This document shows, piece by piece, positions 22,001 through 34,000 of a stretch of 44,755 bases of DNA. The position numbers and the translations under genes are program-made. The notes under the pieces are model-generated. The model had not been told where the DNA came from. It saw only the letters and a program-made list of their open reading frames with translations, and searched no databases. The stretch is from NCBI RefSeq assembly GCF_004010195.1, contig NC_057756.1, positions 8,666,221-8,710,975 on the forward strand, written 5' to 3'. Positions within the stretch are counted from its first letter, which is position 1. Each line of letters starts with the position of its first letter. The stretch is from Chiloscyllium plagiosum (taxonomy: Eukaryota).

Positions 22001-25000
22001 AGGCATTATTGGTCAACCCACAGCAGGTGGACTTCAGCGGTTGAAGAAGACAGCCCATCACCAACTTCTGAAAAGGCAATTAGTGATGGAGAATAAATGC
22101 TGATCCAGCCACTGACACCCGCCACAGTGAAGTAAATGGAACAGTTCTTGATTATGTCAAAACGCCTTCAGTTTAACAAAATGTTGCTGTGCCTGCAGTT
22201 TCCAACCCCCTGCCCCCATCTTTGATGCACTGGTTTTTGTTGTTGCTGTTTGACCAAATGATTGTGTTTCCTTTATTATTTCCTGGGATGTGGCTGTTTG
22301 AGGCTGGACCAGCATTTATTGCTCATCCCTAATTGTCCTGGAAAACATTGGGGTGAACTGCCTTCTTGAACTGCAGCAGTTTTTGGATTGTCAGTGGATT
22401 CCTGCTTGCTGTGACCATCCGTGAACCACTTGATCACACAGTAGTCGCTGAAAGCTGACATCCTTCCTGAGACAGACTCCATCTCCATGCAAAGTTGTTT
22501 TAGGGAGTCAGGGGGGAACTTGGAGGAGCTGGTGTTGCATAAGGTCACCCCCTGAGCCTCTGAGACACTGCCCTTACCCTTCTAGCTGGAAGTGTTCAGG
22601 AATATGCTGCCTCAGGCGACTTGGTAAATTGCTGCAGTGCGTCTTGTAGATGGCGCACACTGCTATGATTGAGTGACAGTGGTGAAGGGGGCGAATGAAC
22701 ATTGAACATAGAACGTTAAAGTGCTATACAGGCCCTTCGGTCTTTGATGTTGCACTGACCTGTAAAATTAATCTGATGCCCATCTAACTACACCGTTCCA
22801 TTATTCAGATGTATGTCCAATGCCCACTTAAATACCCTTAATGTCAGCGAGTCTACTACTACTGCAGTCAAGCTGTTCCACGCCCCTATTACTGAGTAAA
22901 GAAACTACCCCTGATATCTGTCCTAAATCTATCAACCCTCAATTTAAAACTATATCCCCTCGTGTTAGCCTTCACCATCCGAGGAAAAGGATCTCACTGT
23001 CCACCCTATCTAACCCTCTGATTATCTTATACATCTAAATTAAGTCACCTCTCAACATTCTCTCCAACAAAAACAGCTTCAGTTCTCTCAGCCTTTCCTC
23101 GTAAGATCTTCCTTCCATACCAGGCAACATCCTGGTAAATCTCCTCTCAACCCTTTCCAAAGCTTCCACATCCTTCCTATAATGCGGTGACCAGAACTGC
23201 ACGCAATACTTCAAGTGCGGCCTTTCCCAGTGTCTTGTACAGCTGAAGCATGACCTCATCGCTCTGAAACTCAATCCCCCTACCAATAAATGCCAACACA
23301 TCATATGCCTTTTTAACAGCCCTATCAAACTGGGTGGCAACTTTCAGGGATTTATGCACCTGGACACTGAGATCTCTCTGTTCATCTACACTGCCAAGAA
23401 TTTTATCATTAGCCCTGTTCTCTGCATTCCTCTTACTACTTCCAAAGTAAATCACCTTGGTTTCCACATTAAACTCCATTTGCTACTTGGCAAAAGTGAG
23501 GACTGCAGATGCTGGAAACCAGTGTCTAGGTTAGAGTGGTGCTGGAAAAGCACAGCAGGTCAGGCAGCATCCAAGGAGCAGGAAAATCGACATTTCGGAC
23601 AAAAGCCCTTCATCAGGAACTTCTCAGCCCAGCTCTGCATCTTATCTATGTCCCTCTGTAACCCACAACATCCTTTGATACTATCCACAACTCTGCATAC
23701 CTTAGTATCATCTGCAGATTTACTAACCCATCCTTCTACGCCCACATCCAGATCATGTATAAAAGTGACAAACAGCAGTGACCCCAAAACAGACCCTTGC
23801 GGCACACCTGGTAACTGAGCTCCAGGCTGAGCATTTCCCGTCAACCACCACCCTCGGTCTTTTCTTAGCTAACCAATTTCTGATCCAAACCATTAAATCA
23901 TCTTCAATCCCGAAACTCTGTATTTTGTGCAATAGCCTCCCGTGTGGAACTTTATCAAATGCCTTACAGAAGTCCATAAACACCACATCACCACTTTACC
24001 TTCATCTACCTGTTTGGTCACCTTCTCAAAGAACTCAATAAGGTTAGTGAGGCATGACCTACCCTTCACAAAAACGTGTTGACTATCCCTAATCAAATTA
24101 TTCCATTCCAGATGATTGTAACACCTTGCCCTCAACTGAAGTAAGGCTCGCTGGTTTATAATTACCAGGGTTGTCCCGACTTCCTTCCTTAAACAAGAGA
24201 ACAACATTTGCTATCCTCCAGTCTTCTGGCACTATTCCTGTTGACAATGATGACATCAAGATTGAAGCCAAGGCTGTGCAATCCCCTCCCTGGCTTCCCA
24301 GAGAATCCGAGGATAAATCCCGTCCGGCCCAGGGGTCTGATCTATTTTCAGATCTTCCAAAATTGCTAAAACCTCCTCTTTGTCACCCTCAATCCCATCT
24401 CATCTAGTAGCTTATATCTCCGTATTCTCGCTAATGTGAATACTGACAAAAGGTATTCATTAAGCGCTACCCCTATGTCCTCAGATTCCGCGCACAACTT
24501 CCCACTACTGTCTTTGAATGGCCCTAATCTTACTCTAGTCATTCTTTCATTCCTGATATACTTATAGATGGCCTTAGGGTTTTCCTTGATCCTATCTGCC
24601 AACAACTTCTCATGTCCCCTCTTCTTAGCCCTCTCTTTAGGTCTTTTCTGGCTAACTTATAACTCCCAAGCCCCCAACTGAGCCTTCACGCCTCATCCTC
24701 ACATAAGCCGCCTTCTTCCTCTTGACAAGAGCTTCAACTTCTTTAGTAAACCATGGCTCCCTCTATCAACAACTACCTCCCTGCCTGATAGGTATATACT
24801 TTTCAAGGACCCAGTAGCTGTTCCTTGAATAAGCTCCACATTTCAAGTTTGTCCATCCCCTGCAGTTTCCTTCCCCATGCTATGCATCCTAAATCTTGCC
24901 TAATCCCATCGTAATTGCCTTTCTCCAGTTATACCTCTTTCCTTGCAGTATATACCTATTCCTGCCTATTGCGTAAGCATAACCGAATTACAGTCACTTT

Positions 25001-28000
25001 TGCCAAAGTGCTCACCTATCTCCAAATCAAACAACTGACTGGGTTCATTTCGGTAAAAATAATGACTGCAGATGCTGGAAACCAGATTCTGGATTAGTGG
25101 TGCTGGAAAAGCACAGCAATTCAGGCAGCATCCAAGGCGCAGCAGCAAAATCGACGTTTCGGGCAAAAGCCCTTCATCAGGAATTTCCCCAGTATCAAAT
25201 CCAATATGGCGTTGGCCCTTTTTGCCCTGTCTATGTACTGTGTCAGAAAACCCTCCTGCACAAACTGACCCGTCTAAATTAACTGAACTGGAAGTTAAAG
25301 TCCCCCATAACAACTACCCTGCTACACTCGCTCCTATTGAGAACCATCTTTGCTATCCTTTCCTCTACATCCCTGGAACAATTCAGGGGCTTATAGCAAA
25401 CTCCCAACAGGGTGACCTCGCCTTTCCTGTTTGTAACCTCAGCCCAAACTACCTCAGTGGATGAGTCCGCAAACATTATCTCAGCTGCTGTAATACTATC
25501 CTTGATTAACAATGCCCCCCCTCCCCCCACCCAATACCCCTGGCTGAAACATCTTAATCCTTGTTGATGTGGGGCTGGAATGATCTGTGGTAAAGTTGAA
25601 CTGCCCTGCGTTATCTCCCAGAGGGGAAGCAGTTAAATTGCGTTTTTGTGTGGTCCCTCGGCAGGAGAGATGGCGAGACTGTGAGGTCCGGGCAGTGGAG
25701 AAGATCGGGGCCCTCAGGCGGGAGAAGGAAATGAGTGGAAGGCTGACGGCGCTGAATAAGGAGTTTAATCGCCTGCTGGAGGAACAGTATGCGCATGATG
25801 CTGAGCTCCTGTCTGCTGTCAGGTCAGAAGCTTTGTCCCCTCTTCGACAGTGTTTAGAAAGCACCTTGTGGCGAGGTTAGCTCAGTTGGTGGGATGGCTG
25901 GTTTACAATGCAGAGTGATGCCAGCTGTGAGGTTTCAATTCCTGCATTGGCTGAGGTTGCCATGAAGGAATCTGCTTCTCAACCTCTTCCCTCACCTGAG
26001 TAAACCACTTTGGGTAAAACACCAGTCATAGCACTGTATAGCATGGAACTTCGGTCCAACTCGTCCTTGCCAACCAGATATCCTAAATTAATCTAGTCCC
26101 ATTTGCCAGCATTTAGCCCATATCATTCTAAACCCTCCCTATTCATATACCCATCCAGATGCCTTTTAAATGTTGTAATTGTACCAACCTCCACCACTTC
26201 CTCTGGCAGCTCATTTCACACATGCACCACCCTCTAAGTGGAAAGAAAATTGCCCCTTATGGCAGTTTTTAAATCCTTCCCCTCTTACCTTAAACATATG
26301 CCATCAAGTTTTGGACATTCCCATTCTAGGGAGAAGACCTTGGCTATTCATCCTATCCATGCCCCTCATGATTTTATAAGGCCACCCATCAGCCTCTGTG
26401 ACACTCCTTTGAAAATAGACGCAGCCTATTCAGCCTCTCCCTACTCAAACCCCTCCCAACCCTGGCAACATCCTTGCAATCTTTTCTGAACCCTTTCAAA
26501 TTTCACAATATCTTTTGTGTAGCAGGGAGCCCAGAATTGAACGCAGTTTTCCAAAAGTGGCCTAACCAATATCATGTACAGCCGCAACATGACCTCTCAA
26601 CTCCTATACTCAATGCTCTGACCAATGAAGGCAAGTGTACCAAACGTCACCTTTGCTACCCTGCATATCTGTGACTCCAGTTTCAAGAAACTATAAACCT
26701 GGACCTCAAGGTCTCGTGGGTCGGCAATACTCCCCAGGACCTTACTATTAGTGTATAAGTCCTGCCCTAAATTGCCTAACTAAAATACAACACCTCACAT
26801 TATTCTAAATTAAACTCCATCTGCCACTCCCAGGCCGTCTGATCAAGTTCCTGTTTTATTCTTGCTGTTCACTGCACCAGCAATGTTGGTGTGATCTGCA
26901 AACTTCCTAACCGTACTGCCTATATTCATATAAGTGTCTATAAATTATAGACAAGAAGCAGTGGACCCAGCAGCAACCCTTATGGCACACTGCTAGTCAC
27001 AGGACTCCAGTCTGAAAAGCAACCCTCCATCACGATCCTATGCTAACCAGTCTACCGTCCAGAACCTTGTCGAATGCCTTACTGAAGCCAGTATAGACAA
27101 CATACACTACTCTGTCGTCATCAATCCTCTTCATTACTTCTTCAAAAAACTCAGTAAAGTTAGCGAGACATGATTTTCCCAAGCATAAAAACCACGTTGA
27201 GTATCCCTAATCAGTTCCAAATGCACGTGAATCCTGTCCCTCTGAATCCCTTCCAACAATTTTATAAAATCATTGAATTCTTAGTGTGGAGGTAGGCCAT
27301 TCAGCCCATCAAGTCCACACCGATCCTCCGAGGAGCATCCCACCCAGATCCTGGTGGTGTGACACAGCAGTGTGAACCACCGAGCCACTATGACACATCA
27401 ACTTACCCATCACTGAAGTCACGCTCCCTGGTCTATAATTCCCTGGCTTTTCCTTACCACCTTTCCTAAATAATGGCACCTTGTTAGCTAATCTCCAGTC
27501 TTTTGGCACTTTGCCCATGGCTATGGATAATGCAAGTATCTTGGCATGGGGCCCAGCAATCCCTTCCCTAGCTTCAGTGGAGATCAGCAAACAGGGACCA
27601 CAGAGGACAGAATGGTAAACCGAATCCTTTGTAAGATGGGACCATATAGATGGCGGAGGTTGGAGCTGCCAGGTAGGAGGCAGTGGAATAGCAGGGTGCT
27701 GTCAACCTTTCTGCAGACATTGAGCGGCATCGCTGGTCTCGCCTGCAGCCATGTCTCACTGGACAGTGCGCTTGTGTTTGTGACAGGGAGGCCTCGGAGC
27801 TGGAACTGACTGCGATGGAGAAGAGGAGCTACCTCCAGGAGCTCTCGGAACAGGCTCAGCTCTTAGCTAACTCCATAGAAGCCAAGAACCGTGAGATCCA
27901 GATCCTGCAGCAGAAGCACAGCAGCATTCTCCACTTCCAAGCTCTCGTGGTAAGTCTGCTGTTGAGGTAGGGGCTGGGCGAGACTGACAGGATCTGCCTG

Positions 28001-31000
28001 TGACCTGCTGGAGCGAAGTTTTACACCCTCTGACCTTTCTGTGTTCCCTCCGACCCCTGCTCTCTGAGGGCCCTCCCCAGTGTGAAATGTCACGTGTCCG
28101 CGATTATCCTGTGCAATCGATGGATTTGAAAGTATATTCCACCATTTTCAGACAGGAATCACAGCAGAACATCTTCTCTACAAAGATGTGGCTGTCCTGT
28201 GGCTTCACAGCCAATGAGTGATGTTCAGTAATGCGAGTTCACTTAGAAAAGCCCTTTGGTGCACAGTGCTATCCCACAAGCAGAGTGAGAATGACTCCTC
28301 CCACCTGTTTTTCAGTGATACTGGTGAAGGAATAAGTATCGGCCCCAGACATCGGGGAGGGCTGCTTCCTGCTTATCATCAAGATAAGCACACCCACACG
28401 AGAGGGCAGACGCAGTTTCCTTTTATAGTGTCAAATCAGAGATGACACCCCTGCTGGTGCAGTGCTCCCTTGGTACTAGTGCGGCACTCCCTCAGTGCTA
28501 CCCTTGGAGTATTGTCTGGAGTTTTGTACTCCGCCCCCTATAGTCAGGTCCTGTGACCGAGTTCAGTCTGACAGGGTGAATTATTCCTGCGATGCTGACT
28601 TGATCTGTTAAAAGGCCAGTCACAGGGTGTGTCCTGTCAGGGGCACTGTGCCTCTGGTGTTCCTTGTTTTCCTCAGCTTTTCTAACAATTGTTGTTTACA
28701 GGAGACAAAGCAAGATCTCATCCGTGCTTTAGTGAAAGGGAATTCATCAGCCAAGAGTCAACTTATGAAGACACAAATGGAGGTCAGTCTCCCACTAACC
28801 TGTCCCATCTCAGGAACTCCAAACCTTACTAGCATTAGTGAGGCAAGGAACAGGAAGTGAGTGCAGCTAAACATGTGGTTATAGGGTTAGTGCAGAAGGG
28901 AGGGCTTCAGAAACTTAGGTCATTGGGGCACCTTCTGGGGAAGGTGGGACCTGTACATGAAGGACAGGTTGTACTTAAACTGGAGGGGCACCAATGTCCT
29001 GAGCGGGAGATTTGCTAGAGCACCTTGGGAGGGTTTAAACTAGTTTAGCAGGGGAATGGGAATGAGAGCTACAGATCAGAGGGTAGTTGTTGTATGGGCA
29101 GAAATAGAATGCAAGGAGTCTGTCAGGAAGGATACACAGTTGATAGGGATGGGTTAAAGTGTCTGTTTCAATGTAAGGAGTGTAAGGAATAAGTGATGAG
29201 CTTAGAGCATGGATCGGTACTGGGAATTACGATGCTGTAGCTGTAACAGAGACATGGATTTCACAGGGGCGGGAATGGTGGCTGGATGTTCAAGGGTTTA
29301 GATCTTCTTAAAAAGAACTGGGAGGGGTGCTATTAGAGGAGGGGAAGTAGCGTTATTAATTAGAGAGTGCACTGGAGCTGCAGGGAAAAGACATTTGTTG
29401 AGGAAGGTTTGTCAACTGAGTCAGTATGGTGGAAGTCAGTAACAGGAAAGGAGCAGCAGAGAGATGGAAGAACAGATTGTACAGTAGATCTTGGCAAGGT
29501 GCAGATGTAACGGAGTTATTGTTATGGGTGACTTCAACATCCCCAATATTGATTGGAACCTCCTCAGTGCAGATGGTCTGAATGGAGCTGATTTTCGTCA
29601 GGTTTGTCCAAGAGGGATTTCTGACTCTATGTGGATAGGCCGACTAGAAGGGAGGCCATATTGGATTTGGTGCTTGGCAACGAGCCAGGCCAGCAGGTGT
29701 CAGACCTCTCAGTGGGACGGCATTTCGGTGACAGTGACCACAACTGCCTCACCTTTACCGTAGCCATGGAGAGGGATAGGAACAGTCAGTCTGGGAAGGT
29801 ATTTAATTGGGGGAGGGGAAATTATACTGCTATTAGACAGGAGCTGTGAAGTATAAATTGGGAACAATTGTTATGTGGGAATTGCACAACAGAAATGTGG
29901 ATGATGTTTAAGGAGCGCTTGTACAAATATTGGGTAACTTTGTGCCACTGAGACAGGCAAGGAACAGTAAGGTGAAGGAGCTTTGGATGTCAAGAGCAGA
30001 GGAGTTTCTCATCAAAAGGAAGAAGGAAGCTTACTTGAGGTTGAGGAAGCAAGAATCTGGCACAGATTTAGAGGATTACAGGGTAGCTAGGAAAGAACTC
30101 AAGAATGGACTGAGGAGAGCTCGGAGGGGGTGTGAAAAAGCCTTGGCAGGGAGGATTAGGGAAAACCCAAAGGCGTTCTACATGCACATGAGGAGTAAGA
30201 GAATGATCAGAGAGAGGGTGGGGCTAATGAGGGATAGTGGAGGGAACTTGTGCCTGGAGTCTGAAGAGGTAGGGGAGGCCCTAAATGAGTTTTGTTTGCT
30301 TCAGTATTCACGAGAGAGAGGGATCTCGTTGATAGTGAGAGCTCTGTGGACCCGGTGGATAGGCTTGAACAGATTGATGCAAAGGTAGTGGACGTGCTGG
30401 AAATTCTGGGAAGCATCAAGATCGATAAGTGCCCAGGGTCGGACCAGATATATCCAAGGAATGAGATTGTTGCGCCTCTAACGATGATCTTTGCATCCTC
30501 ACTCTCCATGGCAGTAGTACTGGCTGATTAGAGGGAAACGAATGTTGTTCCTCTGTTCAAGAAAGGGAATATGGAAATCCCTGGGAATTACAGACCAGTC
30601 TTGCATCTGTGGTAAGCAAGGTACTGGAAAGGATTCCGAGTGAAAGGATTTATGACCATTTGGAAAAATGTAGTTTGGTTAAAGATAGTCAGCATGGCTT
30701 TGTGAGGGGCAGGTCATGCCTCACCAGCTTTATTGAGATTTTGAGAATGTGACGAGAAAAGTTGACAAAAGGTCAAGCAGTGGATGTGGTGTATTTGGAT
30801 TTCAGGGAAGGCATTTAATGAGGTTCCCCACGGTAGGCTCATTCAGAAAGTTATGGGATACAGGGAAATTTGGCTGTCTGGATAGAAGGTTGGCTGGCCG
30901 AAAGAAGACAGTGAGTGATAGTGGATGGACAGTATTCCGCCTGGAGGTCGGTGATCCCACAGGGATCAGTTCTTGGGCATCTGCTCTTTGTAGTTTTTAT

Positions 31001-34000
31001 AAATGATTTGGAAGAAGAAGTGGGAGGGTGGGTTAGTAAGTTTGCTGATGACACAGCGGTTGGTGGTGTTGTAGATTGTAGCCTGCAACAACCCTTGACA
31101 CAACGAGACATTGACAGGGTGGAAGAGCTGGGCTGAGAACTGGCAGATCGAGTTCAACCTCGACAAATGCGAAGTGATTCAATTTGCAAGGTCAAATTTG
31201 AATGCTGAATATGGGGTTAAAAGCTGGATTATTGGCAGTGTAGAGGAACAGTGGGATCTGGAGTCCACGTACATAGATCCCTCAAAGTTGCCATCCATGT
31301 TGATGGGATTTTTAAGAAGGCATATGGTGTTTTGGCTTTCATTAACAGAGGGTGTGAGTTTAAGAGCTGCAGCTCTCTAAAATCCTGGTTAGACCACACT
31401 TGGAATATTGTGTCCAGTTCTTACAATGAGGCGACCAGAAGAAGGTAGATACTTTAGAGAGGGTGCAGAGGAGATTTACCAGGATGCTGCCTGGATTGGA
31501 AGATTTGTCCTATGAAGAGGGGTTGAATGAGCTAGGGCTCGAGAAGAAGGAAGAGAGGTGACTTGATAGATGTGTACAAGATAATGAAAGGCATAGATAG
31601 CCAGAGACATTTTCCCCAGGGCAAAAATGGTTGTCACGAGGGGTCATAATTTTAAGATGATTGTAGAAAGGTATAGGGGAGATGTCAGAGGTGGATTTTT
31701 TATACAGAGTGGGGAGTAGAGTCAGATACATTAGGAACATTAAGCGACTGCAGGCCAAGCACATGGATGGCAGTAAATCGAAGGGTGTGTAGGTTAGGTT
31801 GATCTTAGATTAAGATGAATGCTTGGCATAATATTGTGGGGCAAAGGGCCTGTACTGTGCTGTACTGTTCTATGTTCTTACTCTGCTGACAAAATCCCCC
31901 CACCCCTCTGCCGCCGCCACCACCACTCTCCTTTCCACACCAAAACACACACACTTTTTAAGATGCTCCTTAGTAATCAGTCTCATTGAGCAAGCTTTCT
32001 GGTCGCCTGTCCTTGATATTTCATTGTGTCTCAGGCCGGGTGTTCCGGTCCCCTGACTGTGGAGGTATTTTTTATTTTTCAACTTGGTTCAGGGAGCTAT
32101 ATAATCGCAGCCTGCTGCTGTCATTGTAGATTGGCTCCTTCATGAGGCAGAAACTTGGGGTGCAGGAGGATCCTATTCGCTCACTGACCGAGGAGCTCCA
32201 CAATTCCGTCAGCAGGGAAGTGAACCTCTTCACAGCCGTTTCACTGCCCACCCTGGATCGCCGACTTGTAGGAGAGTGAGTAACGATGACTTGGTTTTTG
32301 GGGATTGGGGGGTGGGGGGGTGGTGTACAAAATCCCTCTTAATATTGGGCTCCTCAGGAGTCAAGTGTGATACTGTTTGTTCAGCACCTTCCCCATGTCC
32401 AGCTTCATGGTGAGCGCACACCCCTCTGAGCCAGTACAATCCACGTTTGAGAGCCCACTGAATTCAAGCTGACAGTTCCCAATCAGTGCTGAGGGAGGGC
32501 CGCACCGTCGGAGGGTCAGTGCTGAGGGAGGGCCGCACTGTCGGAGGGTCAGTGCTGAGGGAGGGCCGCGCCGTCGGAGGGCCAGTGCTGAGGGAGGGCC
32601 GCGCCGTCGGAGGGCCAGTGCTGAGGGAGCGCCGCGCCGTCGGAGGGCCAGTTCTGAGGGAGGGCCGCGCCGTCGGAGGGCCAGTGCCGCGGCAGGGCCG
32701 CGCCGCCGGAGGGCCAGTGCTGCGGGAGAATTTTATTGTGAATCCCATCGTTCTATCAGCAAACCCTGATTCTCTCCTGGTTTTCATATAACGTTATGGT
32801 TGAGTGACTGTACTTTGTGTGACATTTAATTCTGTAACTTGTAATTCTCTGCCCTTCCAGCCTATTTGACCTTTCATTATACAGGGCATGTATGACATTT
32901 TAATCACCTCCTCCAAACTGTACCACCCCTCTCTGATCAACATCGAATTGTATTTGCAACGATACTTGACCAATGGTTCAGATCTTGTTTTCCTCCTACT
33001 CCTCCTTTGTTAACTCCCCCATGGTCAATTTAAATGGCTTAGCCATGTGAAGGCTGGTGTAAAGGCGGTGGGCATTGTGACCTGGGCTGTGCGGGATCCT
33101 GGATGTGTTATTTCATTACCTGGCTGTGGTTTTGGAGGTTTTGCAGTGTCTTGTTCTCTTCAGGTTCCAGAGGCTTCCTGTCCACAAACTGTCAATCCAC
33201 AAACTGGACTCTTCATTGAACAATCGTCAATTCTTCCAGGGCCTCAAGAAGAGTATGTATTTCCCGTTCTACAAGGTAATGACAATATGCATTTAGGTAG
33301 CACATTGAATGCTGTAAAACGTGCCCAGTGTGTTGCACAGGCGTATCAATTAAGCACTATCTAACACTTAACTCATGAGGGAATGTGTTGTGGACCCAAC
33401 ATTCAGTCAGAGATTTCGCTTTATAACGAGTGTCTTCGTGAAGAAGAGAGATACAGGGGTGGGGCGGGAGCGACGGGGACAGGAGGGGAAAGATGGGGAT
33501 GGTGCAGAGAGACAGAGATGGGCACAGGGAGAGAGACTTTAGGGAGAAAATTCCAGAGCTCGATCCCAGGCTGTTAAAGCATGGCCACGACTGACAGAGT
33601 AATGGGAATCGGGGAATGCCTGTGGGGGGAGGTTTTTAGAGGTTTATCACCCAATGAGAAGCCAGTGTTAGCTGAGGACGTAACCCGGGGGCAGGGATGA
33701 GACCTATAATAGTTGGAACCCCCGCCTGCCCGGATGCATACGCACAGACACGTGCACAGACTCAGGGAGACGAGCAGAGGCACCCATCCCTCAGTGGTGC
33801 AGAACTTCACTGAAGCGCAGCGAGAGTCCCTTTGGCCCATCGAGTCTGTGTCCACTCCTTGGAAAAATCAATTCCATTCATTCTCACTTCCCTCCCTTTC
33901 CCATTCAGCTATCTCCCTTTGGTATTGTGGAATAACTCTCTGCCTCTCTCCCCAGGCTCCTGAATTCCTGCTGGAGCATGCAGCCAAGATGAATGTGGAG

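Larger units (their letters stand above)
22699..25545 (-). mobile_element. CR1 LINE, most of ORF2, degenerate
   Basis: [18 protein letters not shown] (endonuclease); [47 protein letters not shown]. Confidence 0.92.

Noticed and set aside
28838..31880. Active, intact CR1 element
   Set aside because: ORF2 has many stops and frameshifts, and the 5' end is missing.
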